From the NCBI GenBank assembly GCA_014382805.1, contig JACNIZ010000220.1, positions 1-47,055 on the forward strand: a DNA stretch of 47,055 bases. The letters run 5' to 3'. The notes beneath the pieces were generated by a model. The model was not told where the DNA came from, did not search any database, and saw nothing but the letters and a program-made list of their open reading frames with translations. Positions 27,538 through 36,873 of the stretch are shown one piece after another. The stretch's first letter is position 1, and every line of letters starts with the position of its first letter. Both the position numbers and the translations under genes were made by a program. The stretch is from Planctomycetota bacterium (GTDB lineage Bacteria; Planctomycetota; UBA1135).

Positions 27538-29199
27538 TTACGGCTCAATCGTTACCGCCTTCACCGACGAGCTGAACTCCGGCAAACCACCGCTGGGATT
27601 AGCAATTGCTGCCATCCAAAAAGTCCGGCCGACATGGATCAAAGGCAGGCCACTGGGTAATGAAATCTGACCATTGGCGGATCCATTTCCGTCCAAGGTG
27701 CCATGCAAATCACTGTAGGTCGGAAATAGATAATTACCAAAAAATGAGTCTCGCACCACGTGATCCAAAGTCAGCGGGATGTCTACCCCATAAGTGGTAG
27801 GTCCAGTACCAGTCACTGAAATGAGCGTTTTGTAAGCAAAAGATGCCGCTGTTTGAGGGAAATTGAAACTGAGATTAATCACGCCTCCACTGGATGCGGA
27901 AACCGAATGAGTTGAGAGGGTGAGGTATGGATTAAAGGCATAGATATATGCAGAGCCACCATCACTCACCCCAGAAGGATCGGTGTTTAACGCGCCAATA
28001 ATGACGTCGGCGTAACCATCTTGATTGATATCACCAGCACCAGAAACTGAATCGCCAAAGTGATCGTAGTCAGCAGCGGCGACTAGCTGATGAAGCTGGG
28101 TGCCGTCTACGCCAGAATAAATATAGATTCTGCCACCAGGCCCTTTTTGAGAGCCCATGATGACATCGTCAAAACCGTCACCGTTGACGTCGCCAGCGCC
28201 GGAGACGGAAATTCCCAGCTTGTATTCGACCAGCGAACCGTCTACTTCAAAATGCAACGCGCCGGTTTTTCCTGAATACACTTGGACCAATCCGGCAAAG
28301 CCATTCTGTTCGGTATCACTAACGATAAAGTCGGCATAGCCATCACCGTCAACATCACCGGCGCCGGAGACGGCATAACCAAGGGTTTCATCAAAGAAGC
28401 CGCCAATGTGATGGATTACTGTGCCGTCCTGTCCGGAGTAGACGTTGACGTAACCATCATCTGAAAATCCGTCAGTGGCGCCAACAATGAGGTCAGCGTA
28501 GCCGTCGGCATTTACATCGCCTGCACCGTCAACGGAATGGCCTAAATGGTCATCAGCATTCGGTCCTTCAAATTGATAAATCAAACTGCCATCGATTCCG
28601 GAATAGACGGACGCGGTGCCAGCTTCCGTGCGTCCGCCTGGATCGGCATAATTGGCACCAATGATGAAATCCGCTCGGCCATCGCCGTTGACATCGCCGG
28701 CACCAGCTACGGAAATCCCCATGAGATCTACATCCGTTAGTCCATAGTATTCATAGAGCAGTAGACCCGTGGCTCCCGAATAAACGAATGCGGCTCCAGC
28801 TTTGTCCAGCCCGCTCCAGTCGGTGTAGTAAGCGCCGACAATGAGATCGTCATGTCCATCACCATCGACGTCGCCGGCACCGTCTACGGAGTTGCCGAAG
28901 AACTGGTAAAAATGAGTGCCGTCGAATTGGTGCAACAGCGAACCATCTGCGCCAGAATAAACGAAGGCCGAGCCGACATAATCCACCCAAAACGGTTTGG
29001 CTCCGCGGGCACCAACGATGACATCGGGAATGCCGTCAGCATTTACATCCCCCGCATTGGCAACCGAACTGCCCATGTAATTGCGATAGCTGGTGCCGTC
29101 GAATTGGAACAGAAGGTTGGTTTCTCCTCCGACAGATTGCGCATTTAGCGCTTGAGGAAGCAGGGTGAAGCAGACGCAGAGGAGTAGGTGTTTGGCCAT
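27538..29199 (-). CDS. Secreted FG-GAP / integrin-alpha beta-propeller protein with a ~130 aa C-terminal domain
   Basis: Seven repeats of G.SV..AGDV.GDG..D.IVGA; signal peptide MAKHLLLCVCFTLLPQALNA (ATG 29199). Confidence 0.9.
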   Translation of the reverse strand: MAKHLLLCVCFTLLPQALNAQSVGGETNLLFQFDGTSYRNYMGSSVANAGDVNADGIPDVIVGARGAKPFWVDYVGSAFVYSGADGSLLHQFDGTHFYQFFGNSVDGAGDVDGDGHDDLIVGAYYTDWSGLDKAGAAFVYSGATGLLLYEYYGLTDVDLMGISVAGAGDVNGDGRADFIIGANYADPGGRTEAGTASVYSGIDGSLIYQFEGPNADDHLGHSVDGAGDVNADGYADLIVGATDGFSDDGYVNVYSGQDGTVIHHIGGFFDETLGYAVSGAGDVDGDGYADFIVSDTEQNGFAGLVQVYSGKTGALHFEVDGSLVEYKLGISVSGAGDVNGDGFDDVIMGSQKGPGGRIYIYSGVDGTQLHQLVAAADYDHFGDSVSGAGDINQDGYADVIIGALNTDPSGVSDGGSAYIYAFNPYLTLSTHSVSASSGGVINLSFNFPQTAASFAYKTLISVTGTGPTTYGVDIPLTLDHVVRDSFFGNYLFPTYSDLHGTLDGNGSANGQISLPSGLPLIHVGRTFWMAAIANPSGGLPEFSSSVKAVTIEP

Positions 29200-29411
29200 G
29201 GACAGTTTGGAGGGTATTGGAAACAGGAACCGAACTCCCGCCTCCAATAAGGCGTAATTTTACGACAAAAGGCACAATTTTGCTCCCTTACTTGCCAAGT
29301 CAAATTTGGTTTGATTGACAAGAACCTGGACTCTCCCTGCCCTACAAGCAAGACGGATAGAATGTTCGGTTCAAGCCCCCGTGGCTACACCCGCGTCGTG
29401 CGGCGGAAAAG

Positions 29412-31289
29412 ATGGCGACCACACCCCAAGAAATCCCACTGCAACAAGTTGATGAAGTCGTGATTCGCTTTGCCGGCGATTCAGGCGACGGAATGCAGCT
29501 GACGGGCACCCAATTCACCGATACGTCGGCGCAAATGGGTAACGATTTGGCGACTTTTCCCGACTACCCGGCGGAAATTCGAGCTCCAATTGGAACTCTG
29601 TTTGGAGTTTCCGGCTTCCAGGTGCGCTTTGCTTCCAAGGACATCCACACCCCAGGCGATCAACCCGACGTTTTGGTGGCGATGAACCCTGCGGCGTTGA
29701 AGGTAAACCTCAGCGACCTCAAGGAAGGAGGCTTGTTAATCGTCAATACGGGCAATTTTGGCCCGCGTGATTTGGTCAAAGCCAAATACGACGCCAATCC
29801 ACTCGACGATCCGACCCTGGCCGAAAATTACCAGCTGATTGCGATCGACCTGAACGCAGCCACGCTCAAAGCGGTCGAAAGTACCGGCCTATCTAGCAAA
29901 GATGCTCAGCGCTGTAAAAACCTGCTGGCCTTGGGCATGCTTTATTACGCCTATTCGCGGCCGCTGGATCACACCGAACGCTGGCTAGAAAAGAAGTTTG
30001 GTAAAAAGCCGCAAATACTTGAGGCGAACATACTTGCGCTGCGTGCTGGGGCGAATATTTCGGAAAATTCCGAGCTATTCAAAACGGTTTACCAAGTTGG
30101 TGTAGCGCCGCTGCCGTCCGGCACCTATCGCAACATCGGCGGCAATCAAGCCACCGCAATGGGGCTGGTCGCCGGCTGCAAACTGGCGAATCTGCCGCTG
30201 TTTTACGGCTCCTACCCCATCACCCCCGCCTCCGACGTGCTGCATGCGCTGTCGCGCTTCAAGAATTACGGCGTGACTACGTTTCAGGCGGAGGATGAAA
30301 TTGCCAGCATATGTACTGCCATTGGAGCTAGTTACGCCGGATCCATGGGGATCACTGGCACCTCGGGCCCCGGTCTAGCTTTGAAAACCGAAGCCATGGG
30401 CCTGGCGGTCATGACCGAAATCCCGCTGGTGGTCATCGACGTCCAGCGCGCCGGCCCTAGCACTGGACTGCCGACCAAAACAGAGCAAGCTGACCTGCTG
30501 CAAGCCGTGTTCGGCCGCAACTCTGAAGCGCCGATGCCGGTGCTCGCCCCCGCCACACCGGCGGACTGCTTCCAGACTGCGATCGACGCGGTGAGAATTG
30601 CCACCACCTATATGACCCCGGTCATTTTGTTGAGTGACGGCTATATCGGCAATGGTTCTGAGCCGTTTCGGATTCCGTCGGCGGAATCTTTGAAGCCGTT
30701 CCCGGTCAAGTTCACTACTAAAGCGTCCTGGGCCGAAAACGCTGACACCGAGGACGCGCCGTTCCACCCCTACTCGCGTGATCCGCGAACGCTGGCTAGA
30801 CCATGGGTCATCCCTGGCACCGTCGGCTTGGAGCACTGCATCGGAGGCTTGGAAAAAGCCGACCTTACCGGCGACGTTTCATACGACGCGGAAAACCACG
30901 AGCGCATGGTGCTATTGCGCGAGCAGAAGGTCATGGGCATCGCTGACAGCTACGAGCCGTTGGAAATTTTCGGCGACGACGAAGGCGAGCTAATGGTACT
31001 CGGCTGGGGCTCAACATACGGCGCTATTCGTGGCGCGATGAGTCGCTGCCATGAGCTTGGACTTTCGGTTTCGCAAGTTCACCTCCGTAACGTGTGGCCG
31101 CTACCGAACGACCTTGGCGGGATCTTGAAGCGCTTTAAGAAGGTGCTCATTCCCGAACTCAACCGCGGACAACTGTGCCGTTTGATCCGCGCCGAATACC
31201 TGATCGATGCGATTTCGTTGCCAAAGGTTCAAGGCAAGCCGTTTACCACGACCGAACTGGCTAACCACATCGAGCAGCTGTTGAGCTAG
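29412..31289 (+). CDS. korA: 2-oxoacid:ferredoxin oxidoreductase alpha subunit (gamma-alpha fusion)
   Basis: FAGDSGDG, YPAEIRAP, YPITP, QAEDEIA, TSGPG, QRAGPSTGLPTK. Confidence 0.93.
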   Translation: MATTPQEIPLQQVDEVVIRFAGDSGDGMQLTGTQFTDTSAQMGNDLATFPDYPAEIRAPIGTLFGVSGFQVRFASKDIHTPGDQPDVLVAMNPAALKVNLSDLKEGGLLIVNTGNFGPRDLVKAKYDANPLDDPTLAENYQLIAIDLNAATLKAVESTGLSSKDAQRCKNLLALGMLYYAYSRPLDHTERWLEKKFGKKPQILEANILALRAGANISENSELFKTVYQVGVAPLPSGTYRNIGGNQATAMGLVAGCKLANLPLFYGSYPITPASDVLHALSRFKNYGVTTFQAEDEIASICTAIGASYAGSMGITGTSGPGLALKTEAMGLAVMTEIPLVVIDVQRAGPSTGLPTKTEQADLLQAVFGRNSEAPMPVLAPATPADCFQTAIDAVRIATTYMTPVILLSDGYIGNGSEPFRIPSAESLKPFPVKFTTKASWAENADTEDAPFHPYSRDPRTLARPWVIPGTVGLEHCIGGLEKADLTGDVSYDAENHERMVLLREQKVMGIADSYEPLEIFGDDEGELMVLGWGSTYGAIRGAMSRCHELGLSVSQVHLRNVWPLPNDLGGILKRFKKVLIPELNRGQLCRLIRAEYLIDAISLPKVQGKPFTTTELANHIEQLLS

Positions 31290-31298
31290 GTGCACATC

Positions 31299-32293
31299 AT
31301 GACTGAAACTCTTACTTACAAGAAAAAGGACTTTTCCTCCGATCAGGAAGTGCGCTGGTGCCCTGGCTGTGGCGATTACGCGATTCTGAATGGCGTGCAA
31401 CAAGCCTTTGCTTCGTTTGGTGTGCCGAAAGAAAAATTCGCGGTGGTTTCGGGCATTGGCTGCTCAAGCCGCTTCCCGTATTACATGAGTACTTTTGGTT
31501 TTCACAGCATTCACGGCCGTGCGCCGGCGTTTGCAACTGGCATCAAGATTGCAAATCCTGATTTACATGTTTGGGTAGTCACCGGCGACGGCGACGCGAT
31601 GTCGATCGGTGGCAATCATTTGATTCACGCGATGCGGCGCAACCTGAACCTAAAGATAATGCTGTTCAACAACCGCATTTATGGATTGACCAAAGGGCAG
31701 TATTCACCAACGACGGTGCCCGGGTTGAAAACGCCCTCGTCGCCTTACGGCGCGCTGGATACTCCGGTTAGTCCGATGGCTTAGCCCTGGGCGCTGGCGC
31801 TAGTTTTGTTGCCAGAACGGTGGACACTCAAGTCCCGCACCTGAAGGGAATCTTGCAAGCGGCACATGAACATAAAGGTTTTGCCTTCATTGAGATTTTG
31901 CAAAACTGCGTGATCTTTAATGACGGTGCTTTTGATCACGTCGCTGGCCGCGAAGTTCGCGACGACCGCCAAGTCGACTTACGTCCTGGGCAGCCACTGG
32001 TTTTTGGCAAAGAAAATCAAAACGGTTTGCGCTTCACGCCGGACTCCATCGAACTGTGCCCGCCTGAGGAAGCCACGATTTGGAAAGCCGACGGCGCAAC
32101 TGGTGCCAACGCTTATCGCATTTGCCAAGGCGCTGAAGATGACAAGATTCCGGTTCCCATCGGAATTTTCCGCCGGGTCGAACGACCGATGTTGGATGAA
32201 TCCATTCACAATCAGGTCAAAGCCGTTACCCAGGACTTGGGTGAAGGAACCTTGGAATCACTACTGCAAAGTGGTGATACTTGGAAGGTCTAG
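31299..32293 (+). pseudogene. korB: 2-oxoacid:ferredoxin oxidoreductase beta subunit, split by a 1-nt deletion (possibly a sequencing error)
   Basis: WCPGCG, SGIGCSS, HGRA and GDGD (TPP) motifs. At 31781-31782, ATGGCTTAGCC lacks one base; restoring it gives PMALALGAGASFVARTVD continuing into the 31820-32293 frame. Confidence 0.85.
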
Positions 32294-32314
32294 GTTAGCC
32301 AACTAGAGCTTGCT

Positions 32315-33205
32315 TTACTGTTCCTTGTCCTGCAGATGCTGTAGGACAGTGCTCAAGCGTTCCAGATTGGTGGCGTCTAAATCTCCAAATTCCAGGCCCA
32401 CCAAACTACCCTCAACGGTATTTTTCATCCAGGATGCGGTGCATTCAATGCCAAATGGTTTGGCACTGCCGTCCTCCAAAAACGCCTCCAAATATATAGA
32501 CGTGCCGCGTTCAAACTCGGCGTTGCACTTCAAGCAAACACCGCCACGACTTATGTCTTTGAGCTTGCAAGGAAATGGCTCACTATTTGGTCCATCAGCA
32601 TTCATTTGATGAACAAAACCGGGCAGGTTGACGACGTAGCGTTTGTGCAAGCGACCTATAGCACCCTGCCCAGCGGGGCGAGTGAGATGCAGTACGTAAG
32701 TAGCGGGTAGGCGTACCGAGTCATTCATTTGCAACTTATAGCTAATCGCCGACTTGATTCCACGGTAAGTCACATCCAACATACAGCCCAACTCGCCAAA
32801 CGATTTTTTGGCTGGCGGGCAAAAAATTGCAACTTCGCCTTTTAAGCGGCGCAACACTACACCTCGAATTCGCTTGCCGGCTTCATTCTGGATCCATACT
32901 CGTCTAAAGACATCTGGTTCGTCACTGGCGCGGGTCAAACCTAATTTTTCAGTCGCGTTGGCCAGTGCGTCAACCAGTTGAAAAGAAAGTTCCAAGTTAC
33001 CCGCGTGGCCAGTGACGGCTTGCTGGGCGACTTCTTCAAACTGTACTCGGTTTTCTAAAACAGCATCCATGTCGTCGCAATAAAGTTCTTTCGCAGTATC
33101 ACTCAGAATGGAAATCAATTTCCTCGACAAGCCATGGCGACGAGCAATAGTTGCAAAACTCGCCTCTTTCTGCTCATGAATTTCAGCAACAGGTTTGGAA
33201 TTCAT
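32315..33205 (-). CDS. PilZ domain protein (YcgR-like c-di-GMP receptor)
   Basis: RLHKR (RxxxR) and DISRGG (DxSxxG) motifs; C-terminal VGLEF. Confidence 0.85.
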   Translation of the reverse strand: MNSKPVAEIHEQKEASFATIARRHGLSRKLISILSDTAKELYCDDMDAVLENRVQFEEVAQQAVTGHAGNLELSFQLVDALANATEKLGLTRASDEPDVFRRVWIQNEAGKRIRGVVLRRLKGEVAIFCPPAKKSFGELGCMLDVTYRGIKSAISYKLQMNDSVRLPATYVLHLTRPAGQGAIGRLHKRYVVNLPGFVHQMNADGPNSEPFPCKLKDISRGGVCLKCNAEFERGTSIYLEAFLEDGSAKPFGIECTASWMKNTVEGSLVGLEFGDLDATNLERLSTVLQHLQDKEQ

Positions 33206-34053
33206 TCTTGCACCTTCTTATCACTTGATTCCCGAGCTTGGGCCAGTAGCTTCCATAAGTTGGCGTCGCCAGGAGCATACACCAAAGCTTGCTCAAAGTC
33301 GTCGGCTGCCTTAGTTCGGTTCCCTAGATCCAAATAAATGCGACCGCGATTCTTGAAGAACAGAGAATTCTTTCTATCGATTTTGATTGCAGTATTTAAG
33401 CCAACAAACGCCAGTTCCGCCCGCCCTAATGCGTAGTTCGAGGCAGCGGCATTGGCATGCGCACTCGCCATTTCAGGCTGGATACGAATAGCAATTTGAA
33501 AATCCTTGATCGCAGCTTGGAAATTCCTACGTTCCGCATGAACAATGCCACGACTATTATATGCCTCGGCGAAATTTGGATCCAAGTCAATGGCTTTACT
33601 AAAGTCCGCTTCCGCTGCGCCAAGTTTACCCTGGACGTGGTATATGAAACCACGGTTGTGAAATGCTATTGCCAATTGTGGCTGCAACCGAATAGCTTCG
33701 TTACAAGAGACGATTCCGTCGGCATAATCTTGACATGCAATTTGCACCAAAGCATATTCCATGTGCCATTGCGCTTGCTCCGGATTCAGAGCCAATGCGC
33801 GACTATAAGCGCTTTCCGAGGCAATGTGCTGATCCAAAAAATACAACGCCTTGGCGCGGCCGGCCTGAAGTTCAGCCGTTTCATTTTCTTGAAGAGCCTG
33901 GTTGAAGGTGCTTAAGGCCGTCTGGTAATCGCGCCGCGCGAGTTGACTCCAGCCGTCTTCTGAAGCAGCTTGCGGTGTAGCGCAGCCTACAGCCAGAATC
34001 GCGAGGATCATGCTGGCGCGTGGTGGAAATTTGTACAGGAAGGAGTTTTTCAT
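33202..34053 (-). CDS. Tetratricopeptide repeat lipoprotein
   Basis: Lipobox AVGC; tandem TPRs (AFHNRG, AYNSRG, FKNRG). Confidence 0.88.
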   Translation of the reverse strand: MKNSFLYKFPPRASMILAILAVGCATPQAASEDGWSQLARRDYQTALSTFNQALQENETAELQAGRAKALYFLDQHIASESAYSRALALNPEQAQWHMEYALVQIACQDYADGIVSCNEAIRLQPQLAIAFHNRGFIYHVQGKLGAAEADFSKAIDLDPNFAEAYNSRGIVHAERRNFQAAIKDFQIAIRIQPEMASAHANAAASNYALGRAELAFVGLNTAIKIDRKNSLFFKNRGRIYLDLGNRTKAADDFEQALVYAPGDANLWKLLAQARESSDKKVQE

Positions 34054-34963
34054 GCCACTGAATTAGCGTTGCGGACCAGTCGAGCTGTATTCCAAGCTGC
34101 TGCGCTCTATTGGTGTCGTAATTCACACTCCCCTTGGGCTTGTCAGAAAATTTAACCTCTAATTTGCGCTCGCCATTGGACGGTATCGACCGCTGCGAAC
34201 TTGAGCCGTGCGATAGCTCTTTTTCGCCTGTGGGCATGGACATGCCATGGCGGTCATCCCATATCTTTTTTGATCCCAACTTCAATTCGGTCACGCTGCC
34301 AGCACGATCTGCACTAAGTGAAAAGGACTTCATTTGGATGGTTTCGTCGGCCGAGCTAAATAAATCCACCTGGAAGGAATGGCTGGATTTGCGTTTCGCT
34401 GAATCGGCGCTTTTTTGTTCATTCAAGGGGCCGCTCTTTTCTCCGGAGCCGCTCAGCCTGGCCCGTAATGTGGTCAAGTGAAGTTCACCGCCGCGCCCAG
34501 CGGCCCAGGAAACGATTACGCGAATGCGCTTAAGGTTGGTGGAGCCATCTTTTTCTGGTTTAGTAGTATCGGGGTTTGCAGCAGCGACATTTTCAATCTC
34601 GACTCGACGTCGGAAACCGGCGAGGTCGGCCAGCTCACTGCCATCCAAGTGAATGGGAGGGGAATTATCTAGGCCGTCGTAGTCATCTATGTCGTCGTAT
34701 TTAAAGCGGTTTTTTTCTTCATCACCAAAGCTACCTTTAGGCTTGTCTGGATCTTCAAATTCCTTCGAGACGATTTCTTCCATCAAGGCGTCGGCATAAA
34801 TAACAGCGACGTCTTGAAAAGACTGGTCCACGCTTTGATTCGAAACTTCAGAATACAGGCCAACCAGTGGCGGTATGGCGATGCTCAACATGATTATCGC
34901 CGACACAACTTCTAACAAGCTGGTGCCAGTATTGCATCGGTTACGCCGAGTGGATTTCACCAT
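33881..34963 (-). CDS. Minor type IV pilin/pseudopilin (MshD-like) with an extra C-terminal domain
   Basis: G-TSLLEVV class III signal; ALMEEIVSKEF and YDDIDDYDGL MshD-like motifs. The 3' end overlaps the TPR gene by 173 bp and is probably a read-through tail. Confidence 0.75.
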   Translation of the reverse strand: MVKSTRRNRCNTGTSLLEVVSAIIMLSIAIPPLVGLYSEVSNQSVDQSFQDVAVIYADALMEEIVSKEFEDPDKPKGSFGDEEKNRFKYDDIDDYDGLDNSPPIHLDGSELADLAGFRRRVEIENVAAANPDTTKPEKDGSTNLKRIRVIVSWAAGRGGELHLTTLRARLSGSGEKSGPLNEQKSADSAKRKSSHSFQVDLFSSADETIQMKSFSLSADRAGSVTELKLGSKKIWDDRHGMSMPTGEKELSHGSSSQRSIPSNGERKLEVKFSDKPKGSVNYDTNRAQQLGIQLDWSATLIQWHEKLLPVQISTTRQHDPRDSGCRLRYTASCFRRRLESTRAARLPDGLKHLQPGSSRK

Positions 34964-35727
34964 TGCACCTTGAAGCTCAAAGTGGATTTGGAGCCATCCA
35001 CAAAGTTGAGAATTAACGTGTAGGATCCGCTGCCCTTTTGCTTGCCCTTAAAACTAAGAATGACGTCTTCGCTTTCCTTGCTTTTGATCGTTCTACGACT
35101 TGCCGAGGAGCCAAATTTTTGCGTTCCGGTCGGCAGGCTCTTCCCTTTGCGATTAGACCAAATGGTATGCTTATCAAAGGTAAATCCGCTTAATAGCTTG
35201 CTCGATTGATCGGCGCTCATTTCGAACGATTGTAAAACTGCTTCTTTCGATGATGAGCTATAAAACTTCAGCTTGATTCGACTTGAGCCCGACTTTTCGG
35301 CCGATGCGCTGGTCTTGCTTTCATCAAGCGGGCTAGCTTTTCCCGCATCATCGTCGTCGTCAGAATCCTGCGACGACAATATCGTCAAGACTCGGGTCAC
35401 GCCAGCATTGCCGCGCTGCGATTTCGACGTGTACAGATCTCCTGACTTGGCCACGCTGTAGGTTCCGCCCGCAAAGTTGACAGGTATGCTCAATCCTTCT
35501 TCCACACTGGCGGCGTGCCAGAGGCCAGCTTCGGCGATCCATTGCGCCTGAACTGATTCCACCGAAATAACCGCTTGCATACGTTGCGAGCCAAAGGCTT
35601 CGGATAGCGCAACTCCGCACAATAGAAGGATCAACATTGCGGCGACGACAGGGACCAACACCGACCCGCCTTCAGCCGATGCGTCACGACCTGTAGAAAA
35701 ATTCCTGATCGGGCGGATGCATTTCAT
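34957..35727 (-). CDS. PilX/MshP-like minor pilin with an extra C-terminal domain
   Basis: GGSVLVPVVAAMLIL (pilin-like, no E5) and QAQWIAEAGL PilX N-terminal motif. Confidence 0.75.
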   Translation of the reverse strand: MKCIRPIRNFSTGRDASAEGGSVLVPVVAAMLILLLCGVALSEAFGSQRMQAVISVESVQAQWIAEAGLWHAASVEEGLSIPVNFAGGTYSVAKSGDLYTSKSQRGNAGVTRVLTILSSQDSDDDDDAGKASPLDESKTSASAEKSGSSRIKLKFYSSSSKEAVLQSFEMSADQSSKLLSGFTFDKHTIWSNRKGKSLPTGTQKFGSSASRRTIKSKESEDVILSFKGKQKGSGSYTLILNFVDGSKSTLSFKVQW

Positions 35728-36233
35728 AACCCTATCCGTCTTGGAAAAATTGGCATGCGCACACGCTGGAAGGCTTTGCCAGCAGTTAGGGTGAAATCAA
35801 CTTCCACCAAATGTAGGTCTGCCGATACTTTGGCGGCTTTGCCATCCTTCGCCCAATACTTGAAGGTGAACTCAGACAATCCACTGGCCAGCAAATCACC
35901 ATTGCGAGTCAGGTTTTTTCCGTCATACTTATATTCAATGCTACTGCCAAGAGAGTCTTTGAACTGAAAAGCGTTGGCGGAAAACTTGGCGATGTCTTCG
36001 GTGCTCTGCAAATCTCTAACTTCATTGCTTAGCCGTTGAATGGCCAAGTTACTTTTGTAAGACATATCAATTGCTGGCACCGCCCGTGCATATACCTTCA
36101 TCGACTCCATGATCGCGAAAGAAGAAACACCGCCAACTATGCTCAAAATCACCATGACCATGATTAGTTCAATCAGCGTGTAGCCCCCGTTTTGGAGTTT
36201 GCAATGCCGAATAGGAGCATAACCGCGCATCAC
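35724..36233 (-). CDS. Prepilin-type N-terminal cleavage/methylation protein (PilW/MshO-like)
   Basis: G-YTLIELIMVMVIL class III signal; AIQRLSNEVR. Confidence 0.85.
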   Translation of the reverse strand: MMRGYAPIRHCKLQNGGYTLIELIMVMVILSIVGGVSSFAIMESMKVYARAVPAIDMSYKSNLAIQRLSNEVRDLQSTEDIAKFSANAFQFKDSLGSSIEYKYDGKNLTRNGDLLASGLSEFTFKYWAKDGKAAKVSADLHLVEVDFTLTAGKAFQRVRMPIFPRRIGL

Positions 36234-36757
36234 TTCACCCTCACCAGGCCGGTGTTTTTGGTAACGCTTACTATTGATCCGCCGGTCAAGCTGAGGGTAA
36301 AATCGTCCACCAATAGCGCGCCTTTGCTATCGCTCGGAGCTCCGGCAGCGTTGAACCATAATTCATTCCCGTCCAAGGATATGGCAACTATTCCGACGCC
36401 GTCGGCCCCTAACTGCAGCACCATTGGGCTCCGAGTTAATGGATCTGATAACGGCTGACGGAATTTTTTACCCGGTTTGCTTGGATCGTCCACGAAAACC
36501 TGGATCAGGTCATTGGCAACGTCGACGACCGCATAAGTGTTGTTTCCGCTTCCCATCGCCCAACGCTGCGCGTGCACCAAAACTGTGCGAACTCTGGTTG
36601 CTGCCACATTTTCCTGCGACGCCTTGAGCCCATGGATCGAGGTCACTGCCGCTCCTGAGAGTATTACCAATAGAACCATGACTATAGTTAATTCAATCAA
36701 AGTAAAGCCGTCGACATGAGCAACGTTTTTACTTCTCTGGGACTGAAAAATTTCCAT
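36230..36757 (-). CDS. Prepilin-type protein (GspH/FimT/MshC-like)
   Basis: G-FTLIELTIV class III signal; HAQRWAM, WFNAAGAP, VTKNTGLV. Confidence 0.85.
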   Translation of the reverse strand: MEIFQSQRSKNVAHVDGFTLIELTIVMVLLVILSGAAVTSIHGLKASQENVAATRVRTVLVHAQRWAMGSGNNTYAVVDVANDLIQVFVDDPSKPGKKFRQPLSDPLTRSPMVLQLGADGVGIVAISLDGNELWFNAAGAPSDSKGALLVDDFTLSLTGGSIVSVTKNTGLVRVK

Positions 36758-36814
36758 TTGTCTACAAATCTGAAATGCAAATCAAGGTGCCTACAGAATC
36801 TCCCCGACAAGCTA

Positions 36815-36842
36815 TTGTCGGAAATTCAGTGAAATTTCTTGA
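36815..36842 (-). promoter_or_regulatory. Candidate sigma28-like promoter for the minor pilin genes
   Basis: TCAAG-N15-TCCGACAA on the minus strand; same spacing as the site at 40358-40385. Confidence 0.35.
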
Positions 36843-36873
36843 GCCCCGCCCTAAATTCGCCCGCTTGAACGGT

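Noticed and set aside
29360-29395. tRNA-like GGTTCAAGCCCC segment
   Set aside because: The T-stem does not pair and there is no acceptor or anticodon arm.
31782-31784. Pyrrolysine/amber read-through or programmed frameshift in korB
   Set aside because: The downstream half is in a different frame, so read-through would not restore it, and there is no slippery heptamer.
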